Below, in pieces: positions 35,385 to 44,527 of a stretch of DNA of 64,000 nt (its first letter is position 1; each line of letters opens with the position of its first letter). The DNA is from Candidatus Binatia bacterium. Lineage in GTDB: Bacteria; Chloroflexota; Dormibacteria; Aeolococcales; Aeolococcaceae. A model generated the notes under the pieces. It ran no database searches and was not told where the DNA came from. It saw nothing but the letters and a program-made list of their open reading frames with translations. The stretch is from the NCBI GenBank assembly GCA_035624785.1, contig DASPQV010000049.1:5731-69730 (forward strand), in the 5' to 3' direction. The position numbers and the translations under genes were made by a program.

Positions 35385-36494
35385 ATGACCGAGGCGCCGC
35401 GGCACAGGGTCACGCTCATCCCGGGCGATGGCATCGGCTACGAGGTCAGCGAGGCCGCCCGGCGCGTGGTCGACGCCTCCGGAGCGGGGATCGAGTGGGA
35501 GGTGCACGACGCCGGGCTGGATGTCGTCGAGCGCTACGGGCAGCCCATGCCTGCGCACGTCCTGGAGTCGATCCGCCGCAACCGGGTGGCTCTCAAGGGC
35601 CCGCTGACCACACCCATCGGTCATGGCATCAGAAGCGTCAACGTCGAGCTGCGGCGGGAGCTCGACCTCTACGCCCTGGTCCGTCCCTGCAAGTGGTACC
35701 CGGGGGTGCGCAGCCGCTACCAGGACATCGACCTGGTGATCGTCCGCGAGAACACCGAGGATCTCTACTCCGGCATCGAGTTCGAGGAAGGCCGCGACGA
35801 GACCCTGCGGCTGATCCAGACCATCGACGAGCTGAGCGGTCACCGGATCCGTCCCGATTCCGGGATCAGCATCAAGCCGATCTCGGTGTTCGGTTCCAGG
35901 CGGGTGTTCCGCTTCGCCTTCACCTGGGCCAGGGCCAACGGCCGGCACAAGGTGACGGCGGTCCACAAGGCGAACATCATGAAGCACACCGACGGCCTCT
36001 GGCTGCGGACCGCGCGGGAGGTGGCCGAGGAGTTCCCCGACCTCGAGTTCGAGGATCGGATCGTCGACAACATGGCGATGCAGCTCCTCCAGAAGCCCGA
36101 GCTGTACGACGTCATGGTCATGCCCAACCTCTACGGCGACATCCTCTCCGACCTCTGCGCCGGCCTGATCGGAGGTCTCGGGCTGGCGCCGGGCGCCAAC
36201 ATGGGCGATCAGATCGCGGTCTTCGAGGCGACCCACGGCTCCGCCCCCCGCTACGCCGGCAAGAACATGGCCAACCCGATGGCGATGATGTTCAGCGCCG
36301 TGCTCATGCTCAAGCACCTCGGCGAGCCGGAGGCCGCCGCGCGGCTGGAGGGCGCCCTGGCATCGGTGATCGCCCGGGGAGAGTCGGTCACCTATGACAT
36401 GAAGCCGCGGCGCGACGATCCCACCGCGGTGGGCACCTCCCAGGTCGCCGACGCGGTCATCGCGGAGATGGAGCGAAGCCGGGTCTCCGCATAG
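35385..36494 (+). CDS. Isocitrate/isopropylmalate dehydrogenase family enzyme, most like NAD-dependent isocitrate dehydrogenase
   Basis: AGGAGGA SD before ATG 35385. Motifs: IPGDGIGYEV, SVNVELRRELDLYALVRP, VIVRENTEDLYSG, NLYGDILSDLCAGLIGGLGLAPGAN. Confidence 0.85.
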   Translation: MTEAPRHRVTLIPGDGIGYEVSEAARRVVDASGAGIEWEVHDAGLDVVERYGQPMPAHVLESIRRNRVALKGPLTTPIGHGIRSVNVELRRELDLYALVRPCKWYPGVRSRYQDIDLVIVRENTEDLYSGIEFEEGRDETLRLIQTIDELSGHRIRPDSGISIKPISVFGSRRVFRFAFTWARANGRHKVTAVHKANIMKHTDGLWLRTAREVAEEFPDLEFEDRIVDNMAMQLLQKPELYDVMVMPNLYGDILSDLCAGLIGGLGLAPGANMGDQIAVFEATHGSAPRYAGKNMANPMAMMFSAVLMLKHLGEPEAAARLEGALASVIARGESVTYDMKPRRDDPTAVGTSQVADAVIAEMERSRVSA

Positions 36495-36727
36495 GGGTTC
36501 ACGCTGGGTCCTCGCGGAACGAGGTGACCCTGAGGCGGGGCGCGCGCCCGGGGCTAGTGCCCCGTCGGGCCACCGCGAGGGCGGCCGCCAGCTCGGCGCT
36601 GGGCAGCCCATCCGGGAAGGCCAGTGGAGCCCACGCCCGGCAGTACTCCGGGGCCTCGGCGGTGCCGGCCAGGAGCTGAGCCCCGGTGGGTCCTCTCGGC
36701 CCCGGAGGTGCGCTCATCGGCCGGGGA

Positions 36728-37483
36728 TCATCTCACCGGCCCGGCCGAGACCGGGCGAGGCCGGTCGCGGCCGGCCAGCCCGGCCTGGGCGGCGCGGCGA
36801 GCGCGGTGGCGCTCCGGCCAGAAGGGGAGGTCGAAGACGAGGATGGAGACGAGCCCGATGCCGGTGGCGCCGAACAGGTACCACGGCCAGGGGCCGAGGA
36901 GGGCGAGCAGGCCCGGCGGGTGGCTGGCGTGCAGGTAGTCGTAGTCGCCGCCGGTCAGCCCGTCGACCACGCCCACCAGGGCGATGAACAGGACGGTGAT
37001 GATGGCCACTCGGAGCGCGGCGCGGGGCCGCGGATGGATCCGAAGGCCGAGGACCAGCCAGCAGGCGGCCAGGACCACCCCGATGTGGTCGAGATAGAAC
37101 TCCAGCCAGTCGTAGGAGGGGAAGCCGATGGCGTGGTCCGGGGTGAAGATGCCCTGGAGGGTGCCGGCCAGCGCCCAGTACCAGGTGATCTCGACCAGGA
37201 GCGGCCGCCGCCACACCAGGGCCACCGCACCCACCAAGGCGGCGATGTCGCAGATGTAGAGGGGCAAGCTCCGGTCCACCGCCCACGGATAGAAGTCGAA
37301 CGCCGCCCGCCACTGGACCACCTGGTAGCCGAGCTCGTTGGCGACCAGCAGGAAGGCGAGGGTCCAGCCGAAGGCGGTGCTCCACCGCCCCGGCCGCAGC
37401 CGGGCCAGGGGGACGGGCACGGCCACCGCCGCCACGGTGAGGACGATGGCCAGGATGTGCCCGGTCGACACCGACGAGTTCAC
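36728..37483 (-). CDS. Integral membrane protein, TIGR02206/YwaF-like family
   Basis: About 7 hydrophobic segments. The SLPLYICDIAALV and GIFTPD motifs resemble that family. This is a family call from memory only. Confidence 0.55.
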   Translation of the reverse strand: MNSSVSTGHILAIVLTVAAVAVPVPLARLRPGRWSTAFGWTLAFLLVANELGYQVVQWRAAFDFYPWAVDRSLPLYICDIAALVGAVALVWRRPLLVEITWYWALAGTLQGIFTPDHAIGFPSYDWLEFYLDHIGVVLAACWLVLGLRIHPRPRAALRVAIITVLFIALVGVVDGLTGGDYDYLHASHPPGLLALLGPWPWYLFGATGIGLVSILVFDLPFWPERHRARRAAQAGLAGRDRPRPVSAGPVR

Positions 37484-37605
37484 GGTTGGGAGTCTGAGCC
37501 ACGCCGGGAATCGAGAGGTCCGGGGAAATCCCCTGCGACGCCGCTCCGGGAATCCCGGCCCGTGTACAGTCGGGGCCGCACCGACCTGCGGAGGATGATC
37601 GGGAG

Positions 37606-38358
37606 GTGTCCACTGCCGCCCCCGGGAAGACCGAGACCGAGACCCGCGATCTCAGCCTGCCGCCGGCCGACCACCACCGGAACGTCCAGGGCGGGGTGGC
37701 CCGAGCTGGGGTGTTCGGGATCAGCGACGGCCTGCTCACCAATATCTCGCTGACCCTCGGGGTGGCCGGCGCCGCCCCCGGGGCCGGAATCGTGCGCCTC
37801 GCCGGCCTCGCCGGGTTGGTGGCCGGGGCCTTCTCCATGGCCACCGGCGAATACGTCTCGATGAGCGCCCAGTCGGAGCTGATCCGCCGCGAGCTGGCCG
37901 TCGAGCGGGAGGCGCTGCGCAGCAACCCGGAGCTGGAGAAGCGGGAGCTGGCCGAGGTCTACGAGCGCCGGGGTGTCCCGCGGGAGATGGCCGAGGCGGT
38001 CGCCGAGGCGGTCATGAAGGACCCCGAGGTGGCTCTCGAGGTCCATAGCCGGGAGGAGCTGGGGGTGGATCCGGCTCGCACCGGCTCGCCCCTGGCCGCC
38101 GCGGCCTCCTCCTTCCTCTGCTTCGCGGTCGGAGCGGTGATCCCGCTCATACCCTGGTTTTTCGCCGCCGGGTGGACCGCGGTCGCCGTCTCCATCATCC
38201 TCGGGGCGCTGGCGACGATCGTGGTGGGCGGCGCGGTCGGCTACTTCACGGACCGGTCCATGCTGCGCAGCGCCCTCCGCCAGTTCCTGATCGCGGCCGT
38301 CGCCGCCGCGGTCACCTTCGGCGTCGGCCGGGCGGTGGGAGTGTCCACGGGTCGGTGA
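37606..38358 (+). CDS. VIT1/CCC1-family iron/manganese transporter
   Basis: FGISDGLLTNISLTLGVAGA, SMATGEYVSMSAQSE, a central acidic helical segment, and C-terminal TM segments. GTG start. Confidence 0.85.
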   Translation: MSTAAPGKTETETRDLSLPPADHHRNVQGGVARAGVFGISDGLLTNISLTLGVAGAAPGAGIVRLAGLAGLVAGAFSMATGEYVSMSAQSELIRRELAVEREALRSNPELEKRELAEVYERRGVPREMAEAVAEAVMKDPEVALEVHSREELGVDPARTGSPLAAAASSFLCFAVGAVIPLIPWFFAAGWTAVAVSIILGALATIVVGGAVGYFTDRSMLRSALRQFLIAAVAAAVTFGVGRAVGVSTGR

Positions 38359-38491
38359 GCGCGGCTGGGCCACGTCCAGCCCGCCGGGCACGAGGAGGCG
38401 ACCGGGTGCCGCATCCCGTGATGTACAGTCCTGCCACAAGCTTCCCCCCTTCCTTTGTGGCGCCCTGGGTCGACCAGCGAGGGGCATTCCG

Positions 38492-38896
38492 GTGAGTCAC
38501 TACATCCTCGTCGCTGAGGACGAGGCTGACATCCGCGACCTTCTCCGGCTCGTCCTCGAGGCGACGGGGTACGTGGTGGAGGCCGAGGCCGACGGGGATG
38601 CGGCCTGGGAGCGGGCCAGGGTCCATCCGCCCCGGCTGCTGGTCACCGACCTGCGCATGCCCACCATGGACGGCCTCGAGCTGATCCGGGCGGTGCGCCA
38701 GGAGCCGACCACGCAGGGCGTTCCGGTGATCCTCTTCACCGCCTACGTGGCCACCGATCCGCGGGTGGACGAGGCCCGCCGCATCGCCGGCGTCGAGGTG
38801 GTCACCAAGGGTCCGATCGCCGAGCTCAGGGAGGCGGTCGGACGGGCTCTCGCCGAGCCCGGCAACGGCTTCGCGGCCGCTTCCGAGCACCCCTAG
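38492..38896 (+). CDS. Stand-alone CheY-like response-regulator receiver protein
   Basis: ILVAEDEADIR, LLVTDLRMPTMDG, and PVILFTAY. There is no output domain. GTG start. Confidence 0.8.
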   Translation: MSHYILVAEDEADIRDLLRLVLEATGYVVEAEADGDAAWERARVHPPRLLVTDLRMPTMDGLELIRAVRQEPTTQGVPVILFTAYVATDPRVDEARRIAGVEVVTKGPIAELREAVGRALAEPGNGFAAASEHP

Positions 38897-38964
38897 AGCC
38901 CGCGTCTCGCCGCCGGGGCGGCTGGCCTTGCGTTTCGAACCTATGTTCGCTATGCTCCGGCACC

Positions 38965-41487
38965 GTGGCAGGCCTGCCCGCCCCTGGGGCCACCCTCAGG
39001 CATCCCTCCACCGGGGAGCGGATCGCCGAGCTTCGGGCCAGGCCATGGGTGAGTGGACGGATCGTCCACGAAACCACGATCCCGGCGCGGCCGGCCCAGC
39101 TGTGCCCCTGGCCGGAGCGCCTTCATCCTGAGCTGCACCAGGCGCTCCGAGGCCGGGGCCTCGACCGCGCCTACTCGCACCAGGCCCTGGCCATCGAGGC
39201 CGCCCTGGCCGGCGAGGACGTCACCCTGGTGACCCCGACCGCCAGCGGCAAGACGCTGGGCTTCGTGCTCCCGGTCCTCGACGCCTGGCTGCGCGACCCG
39301 GACAGCCGCGCCCTCTGGCTGTTCCCGACCAAGGCGCTGGCCCAGGACCAGCTGGCCGGCCTGCGCGACCTCACCGAGCGCCTGCCCGCCGAGAGGCGTG
39401 AGCTTCTCCGGGCCGCGACCTTCGACGGGGACACGCCGACCGGGCTCCGCCGGGCCATCCGCGAGGACGGCCACATCGTGGTCACCAACCCCGACATGCT
39501 GCATGCCGGGATCCTGCCCAACCACACCGGCTGGGCGAGGCTGCTGCGATCGCTGCGCTACGTCGTCATCGACGAGCTGCATGCCTACCGCGGTCTCTTC
39601 GGTTCTCATCTCGCCAACGTGCTGCGCCGGCTCTTCCGGATCTGCCGCTTCTACGGCAGCACCCCGACGGTGATCTGCTGCTCGGCCACGATCGGCAACC
39701 CCGGGGAGCTCGCCGAGCGGCTGCTGGAGCGGCCGGTTAGGCTCGTCGACCGGAGCGGCGCGCCGCAGGCCGAGCGGCACCTCTGGTTCTGGGCCCCGCC
39801 GCTGGCCAGCGGCACCATGGGGATCCGCCGTTCGGCCGTCCTGGAAGCCCGGCGCCTGATGGCTGAGCTGCTCCGCCTGGATCTCCAGACCATCGGCTTC
39901 TGCCAGAGCCGGAGCTCGGTCGAGGTCCTGCTCAGCTACCTCCGCCAGCTGCATCCGAGCGGCCCCGGCGAGGCGGAGCCGGTGCGCGGCTACCGAGGCG
40001 GTTACCTGCCCCTCGAGCGCCGGGCCATCGAGGCGGGGCTGCGTTCCGGGAGCGTCCGCGCCGTCGTCGCCACCAACGCCCTGGAGCTGGGCATCGACAT
40101 CGGCGGGCTGGACGCCTCGGTCCTGGTCGGCTACCCGGGGACCCTGGCCAGCACCTGGCAGCAGCTGGGCAGGGCAGGACGCCGCGACGCCGCCTCCCTG
40201 GGTGTGTTCATCGCCTCGGATGCCCCGCTCGACCAGTTCCTCCTGCGCCACCCCGAATACCTTCTGGAGACGCCGCCCGAGCGGGGCCTGGTGGATCCCG
40301 ACAACCTCCTCGTCCTGGGGTCGCACCTCCAGGCCGCGGCATTCGAGCTCGCCTTCGAGGTGGGCGAGAGCTTCGGGCGGGCCGGTGACGGGCTTACCGG
40401 CTCTCTTCTCGAGTGCTTCGCCGCCGACGGTCTGGTGCATCGCACCGCCAGCCGCTACCACTGGTCCGCCGACGCCTTCCCCGCCGAGGCGATCTCGCTG
40501 CGCCGGGCGGCGGCCAGCAACGTGGTCATCATCGACACCTCCAGCGATCCGGCGGGCCCGGGGCAGGGCCCGCAGGGCCCCTGGGCGGGGAGCGGCGGGG
40601 GCCGCCCCGGCAGCCACGGACGGGTCATCGGCGAGACCGACCAGTTCTCGGCCCCGGTGCTGGTGCACGACGACGCCATCTACCTCCACGAGGGCCGCCA
40701 GTACCACGTCGAGCGCCTCGACTGGGAGGAGAAGCGTGCCTACGTCCACCCGGTCTCGGTGGATCACTACACGCTCGCCGAGACCAGGCAGACCTTGCGG
40801 GTGCTGGAGCGTTTCGCCGGTCCGGTCGGTGCCCGGGCGCGGCGCAGCCACGGCGAGGTCCGGGTCAGCCGGCTGGCCACCGTCTACAAGAAGGTCCGCT
40901 TTCTCACCCATGAGAACGTGGGATCGGGGCCGATCCACCTGCCCGAGCAGGACCTGCACACGACCGCGGTCTGGGTCGCGATCCCGCCCGAGGCCCTGAC
41001 GGCGCTGCCCCCGGCCGACCTGCTCACCGGGCTGACCGGGGCATCGCGCGCCCTCCACGCCGCCGCGTGCCTGCTCTGCATGTGCGATCCCCGGGACCTG
41101 GGCACCCACGTGGAGCCGCGCGGCCAATCCGGTCCGGGGTTGCACCCGGGTGGGGGGCGCGGGAGCGGGTCCCCGTCCGCGCTGGTGCCGCCGCCGCCCG
41201 CCGAGCCCCAGGAGTTCGCGGCCGGCTGGCGGCCGGAGGTCGAGCCGGTGCCCGGCGCCAGTGCGGAGGCGGGCTGGCCGGCCCTCTATCTCTATGACGC
41301 CACGCCCGGCGGTGTCGGCTTCGCGGAGGGTTGCTTCGAGAGCTTCGGCGACCTGGTGACCTCGGCCCTCGAGCTGGCCGCGGGCTGCTCGTGCGCGGCC
41401 GGGTGTCCCTCGTGCGTCGGGCCTCCGCCGGCCGGGACCGACGCCAGGGCGGCGGCGGCGGCGGTTCTCCGGGCGTTGGCCGACTGA
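38965..41487 (+). CDS. DEAD/DEAH-box helicase with a C-terminal DUF1998/MZB zinc-binding domain (MrfA/YprA-like)
   Basis: Motif I PTASGKT, motif II VIDELH, motif III SAT, helicase C (VVATNALELGIDIG), and the C-terminal four-Cys cluster CSCAAGCPSC. GTG start. Confidence 0.85.
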   Translation: MAGLPAPGATLRHPSTGERIAELRARPWVSGRIVHETTIPARPAQLCPWPERLHPELHQALRGRGLDRAYSHQALAIEAALAGEDVTLVTPTASGKTLGFVLPVLDAWLRDPDSRALWLFPTKALAQDQLAGLRDLTERLPAERRELLRAATFDGDTPTGLRRAIREDGHIVVTNPDMLHAGILPNHTGWARLLRSLRYVVIDELHAYRGLFGSHLANVLRRLFRICRFYGSTPTVICCSATIGNPGELAERLLERPVRLVDRSGAPQAERHLWFWAPPLASGTMGIRRSAVLEARRLMAELLRLDLQTIGFCQSRSSVEVLLSYLRQLHPSGPGEAEPVRGYRGGYLPLERRAIEAGLRSGSVRAVVATNALELGIDIGGLDASVLVGYPGTLASTWQQLGRAGRRDAASLGVFIASDAPLDQFLLRHPEYLLETPPERGLVDPDNLLVLGSHLQAAAFELAFEVGESFGRAGDGLTGSLLECFAADGLVHRTASRYHWSADAFPAEAISLRRAAASNVVIIDTSSDPAGPGQGPQGPWAGSGGGRPGSHGRVIGETDQFSAPVLVHDDAIYLHEGRQYHVERLDWEEKRAYVHPVSVDHYTLAETRQTLRVLERFAGPVGARARRSHGEVRVSRLATVYKKVRFLTHENVGSGPIHLPEQDLHTTAVWVAIPPEALTALPPADLLTGLTGASRALHAAACLLCMCDPRDLGTHVEPRGQSGPGLHPGGGRGSGSPSALVPPPPAEPQEFAAGWRPEVEPVPGASAEAGWPALYLYDATPGGVGFAEGCFESFGDLVTSALELAAGCSCAAGCPSCVGPPPAGTDARAAAAAVLRALAD

Positions 41488-42845
41488 TGCCCGCGGCCGA
41501 GCTGGCGGGAGGCACGGGGGGAAGCCTGGCCCTCGCCGACCTGCGACGGCGGCTGGCCGCCATGGGCGGCCTGGCCGACCTCTCGCGTCCGGCGCCGCCG
41601 CGGCCGCGCCCCGCCCCCGTGGAGAGCCCGGTCAGCCGGGCCGGCCGGCTCGGCTTCGTTGCCGACGCCGCCACCCTGGTGCGCCGGGTGAAGGTGGACC
41701 TCGGCCCTTTCCTGGAGCGGGCCGGCGCCCCCGGACCGGCAACTGCTGAGCAGCTGGTACGCCTTCTATTCCGGCTGCCCGCCGCGGCTCCGGCGGGTCC
41801 CTTCGGTGAAGCGGACCTGGCGGTGCTCGACATCGAGACGCTCGGCCTCCGGGGCAGCGGGGTGGTGCCGTTCCTGGTGGGGGTCGGGGTGCCCCGCGGC
41901 TCGAGCGTCGAGATCGACCAGTGGCTGCTCGCCGACCTCGAGGCAGAGCCGGCGATGCTCGACGCCATCGCCGCCCGCCTGGCCAGCCGCCGGCTGCTGC
42001 TCACCTACAACGGACGGTGCTTCGACCTGCCGGTCCTCCAGGCGCGCTGCATCCTCAACCGGCGCTCTCCCGAGGCGGTCGCCCCGCCCATCCACTGCGA
42101 CCTCCTGGGCCCGGTGCGACGGCTCTTCCGGGCTCGTCTCGGCGCCTGCACGCTGCGCCAGGCGGAGGTCTGCCTGCTCGGGCTGGAACGGGTTGACGAC
42201 GTCCCCGGGGCGGAGGCGCCCGCCCGATTCCGGGCCTGGCTGGGCGGGGCGCCGGCGAGCGTCCTCGAGGGGGTGGTCCGGCACAACCAGCTCGACCTCT
42301 GCGCCACCCTGGTGCTGGCGGCCCGCGTGGCAGCCCACGCCGCCGGCGACCTGATCCGCCCGGTGCATCCGGCGGACCGCTACCGGCTCGCGGTTCACCT
42401 GGCGGCCCTGGGGATGGAGGATGCCGCCGAGGCGCAGCTCACCTCAGCCTTCGGCGATCGAGCCTCGCCCTGGGCCCAGGCAGCTGGGCACCGGCTTGCC
42501 CGTTTCCGCCGTCGCGGCGCCTGGCCCGCCGCGCTCCCTGTCCTTGCCGAGCTGTGGCGGCGGGACCCCGCGGACCTCGCCGCGGCCCGCGGCCTTGCCA
42601 TCACGCTGGAGCGGGACGGTGACATCGGGGGCGCACTCAGGGTCTGCCTGGAGGCGGAGCGCGTGCTCGGCGCCCGGGCCCTCTGGCGGCGCCGGCTCGC
42701 GGTCGTGCCGGATGCGAGGGTCAGCCGGTCCGAGGACGAGTGGCGGCGGCGGGGTGCGCGGCTGCGCCGCCGGGCAGCGCGCCAGGGACCGATCCTGCTC
42801 ACGGGTCTCGAGCCGGCCGCTGACCGCGGGTCGGGGGCCGCCTGA
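41487..42845 (+). CDS. RNase H-fold DEDDh 3'-5' exonuclease with a helical/TPR-like C-terminus (MrfB/YprB-like)
   Basis: The ATG shares 1 nt with the helicase stop (TGATG). Motifs: LDIETLG (Exo I), TYNGRCFDLPVL (Exo II), HNQLDL (Exo III). The 504-aa track ORF is an upstream extension. Confidence 0.7.
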   Translation: MPAAELAGGTGGSLALADLRRRLAAMGGLADLSRPAPPRPRPAPVESPVSRAGRLGFVADAATLVRRVKVDLGPFLERAGAPGPATAEQLVRLLFRLPAAAPAGPFGEADLAVLDIETLGLRGSGVVPFLVGVGVPRGSSVEIDQWLLADLEAEPAMLDAIAARLASRRLLLTYNGRCFDLPVLQARCILNRRSPEAVAPPIHCDLLGPVRRLFRARLGACTLRQAEVCLLGLERVDDVPGAEAPARFRAWLGGAPASVLEGVVRHNQLDLCATLVLAARVAAHAAGDLIRPVHPADRYRLAVHLAALGMEDAAEAQLTSAFGDRASPWAQAAGHRLARFRRRGAWPAALPVLAELWRRDPADLAAARGLAITLERDGDIGGALRVCLEAERVLGARALWRRRLAVVPDARVSRSEDEWRRRGARLRRRAARQGPILLTGLEPAADRGSGAA

Positions 42846-42909
42846 GCGCTGGTTTCGCCAAGCGAACCCCGGGTCAGCCCCACGGCGTTTCCCCGACAAT
42901 GGCCGCCCG

Positions 42910-44460
42910 ATGGACCACGTGACCGAGGGGCCGCTGCCGGGCGCAAGCCCAGCCCCTGTCCAAACCTCGCCGCTTCCGGGAAGCGGGGTTCGGGGTCTCC
43001 GCAACTCCCTGATGGTGCTGGCGGCCCAGCTCGCTTCCCGGCTGCTCGCCCTGGGCACGGTGATCGTGATCCTCCGCTCCCTGGGCGCCGGCGACTTCGG
43101 CCAGATGCAGACCGCGATCACCTACGGGGCGATCGTCTCGGTGCTCGCCGACCTCGGTCTGAGCACCCTCTACGTGCGGGAGGGGGCACGGCGGCCCGAC
43201 CAGATCGGCCGCTACCTCGACAACCAGCTCTCGGTCAGGATCCCGCTGGCGGTCCTCGCGGTCCTGGTGCTCACCGGTACCCTTTGGCTGCTCGGGCTCC
43301 ACTCGCTGATCGTGGCCAGCGCCGCGCTCCTGGTCAGCTCCGGCCTGCAGCTCATCCTGCGCAACACCTTCTACGCGCTGCAACGGGTGCGATGGGTGGT
43401 CATCGAGATCGTCCCCGAGGCGCTGCTCCTCCTCGGTCTGGTGGTGATCGGCGCCGTCCGGGACCTCGGCACGGCGTATTTCATCTGGACCTACACGTTC
43501 AGCTACCTGGCCGCCGCGGCCTACTTCGCGATCGTCCTGCTGTCGGCTGGCATCTGGCGGCCGCGCTGGCGCTTCGAGCCATCGCTGATCCTGCCCTGGC
43601 TGGTGATGACCCTGCCGCTCGCCGTTTCCTATGTCTTCACCACCGTCTACTGGCAGATCGACGTTCCCATCCTTCAGCACTTCGGGCCGCAGGTCGCCCG
43701 GTCGTGCCCCTCGCCCACGACCCTCGCCTACTGCGAGGTGGGCTGGTACCAGGCCGCCTACAAGCCCTTCCAGGCGCTCCTGGTGGTGCCCTTCGCGCTC
43801 CGCACCGTGGTCTTCCCGCTCCTCTCCGTTTACCACCGGGAGGCTCGCGACCGCCTGGTGGCGACGACCCAGAAGCTCTTCAAGGGCCTGGTCGCCCTCG
43901 GCCTTCCCATCAGCGTGGGGGTGGTCGTCCTGGCCGGCCAGTACACCCAGCTGTTCAGCCTGTACCCGCAGGCCTCGCCCGCCCTGCGCCTGCTCGGCAT
44001 CACCATCGTCTTCATGTTCGTGGACAACGCCAACGCCGCCACCCTCCTGGCGATGGACCGGCAGCGCATCTACGCCTGGATCGTGGGCATCGGGATGGTG
44101 GTCAACGTGGTCCTCAACGCGGCGCTGATCCCCGTCTTCGAGCACCTCCACCCCGGGAGTGGCTACTGGGTCACCAGCGCCAACACCGCGCTCACCGAGA
44201 TCGGCCTGGTGGCGATCGGCTGGTGGGTGCTGCGGCGCCTGGGGGTGCGCATCCCCATCATCCGGTTGAGCTGGCGGATCATCCCCGCCGCCCTGGTGAT
44301 GGGCGGCTTCCTGCTCCTGGTCCGGCCCGAGGGAAGGGTCGCGACCGTGCTGCTGACCATCGCTGCGGGGTTCCTCTACCTGGTCGCGCTCTGGGTGTTC
44401 CGGGCCGCCGATGCCGAGGAGCGGCGGCTGATCCGCAGGGCGCTCAGCCGGCGGGCCTGA
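42910..44460 (+). CDS. Polysaccharide/oligosaccharide flippase (MOP superfamily, Wzx/MurJ-like)
   Basis: Start at MDHVTEG. About 12-14 TM segments. N-terminus (NSLMVLAAQLASRLLALGTVIVILRSLGAGDFG) is typical of polysaccharide biosynthesis proteins. Confidence 0.7.
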   Translation: MDHVTEGPLPGASPAPVQTSPLPGSGVRGLRNSLMVLAAQLASRLLALGTVIVILRSLGAGDFGQMQTAITYGAIVSVLADLGLSTLYVREGARRPDQIGRYLDNQLSVRIPLAVLAVLVLTGTLWLLGLHSLIVASAALLVSSGLQLILRNTFYALQRVRWVVIEIVPEALLLLGLVVIGAVRDLGTAYFIWTYTFSYLAAAAYFAIVLLSAGIWRPRWRFEPSLILPWLVMTLPLAVSYVFTTVYWQIDVPILQHFGPQVARSCPSPTTLAYCEVGWYQAAYKPFQALLVVPFALRTVVFPLLSVYHREARDRLVATTQKLFKGLVALGLPISVGVVVLAGQYTQLFSLYPQASPALRLLGITIVFMFVDNANAATLLAMDRQRIYAWIVGIGMVVNVVLNAALIPVFEHLHPGSGYWVTSANTALTEIGLVAIGWWVLRRLGVRIPIIRLSWRIIPAALVMGGFLLLVRPEGRVATVLLTIAAGFLYLVALWVFRAADAEERRLIRRALSRRA

Positions 44461-44481
44461 CCCGGCGCCCGCGTCGCCGGG
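44461..44481. terminator. 7-bp GC hairpin (cccggcg cccgcgt cgccggg) between convergent genes
   Basis: Read directly after the flippase stop. This is weak evidence, because short GC stems are common in this DNA. Confidence 0.25.
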
Positions 44482-44527
44482 CGATCTCTCCCCGCCGGGG
44501 GGCGCCGGGCTCGCCGGTGGGGTCCGG

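Noticed and set aside
36499-36717. 72-aa minus-strand ORF just downstream of the TIGR02206-like membrane protein gene
   Set aside because: It has no motif, no clear SD and no support beyond being an open frame in GC-rich DNA. It cannot be excluded, but it is not supportable from sequence alone.
38950-41145. 731-aa minus-strand ORF opposite the DEXH helicase
   Set aside because: It is antisense to a gene carrying all the helicase motifs. The product is low-complexity (G/R/P/A/V) with no recognisable domain.
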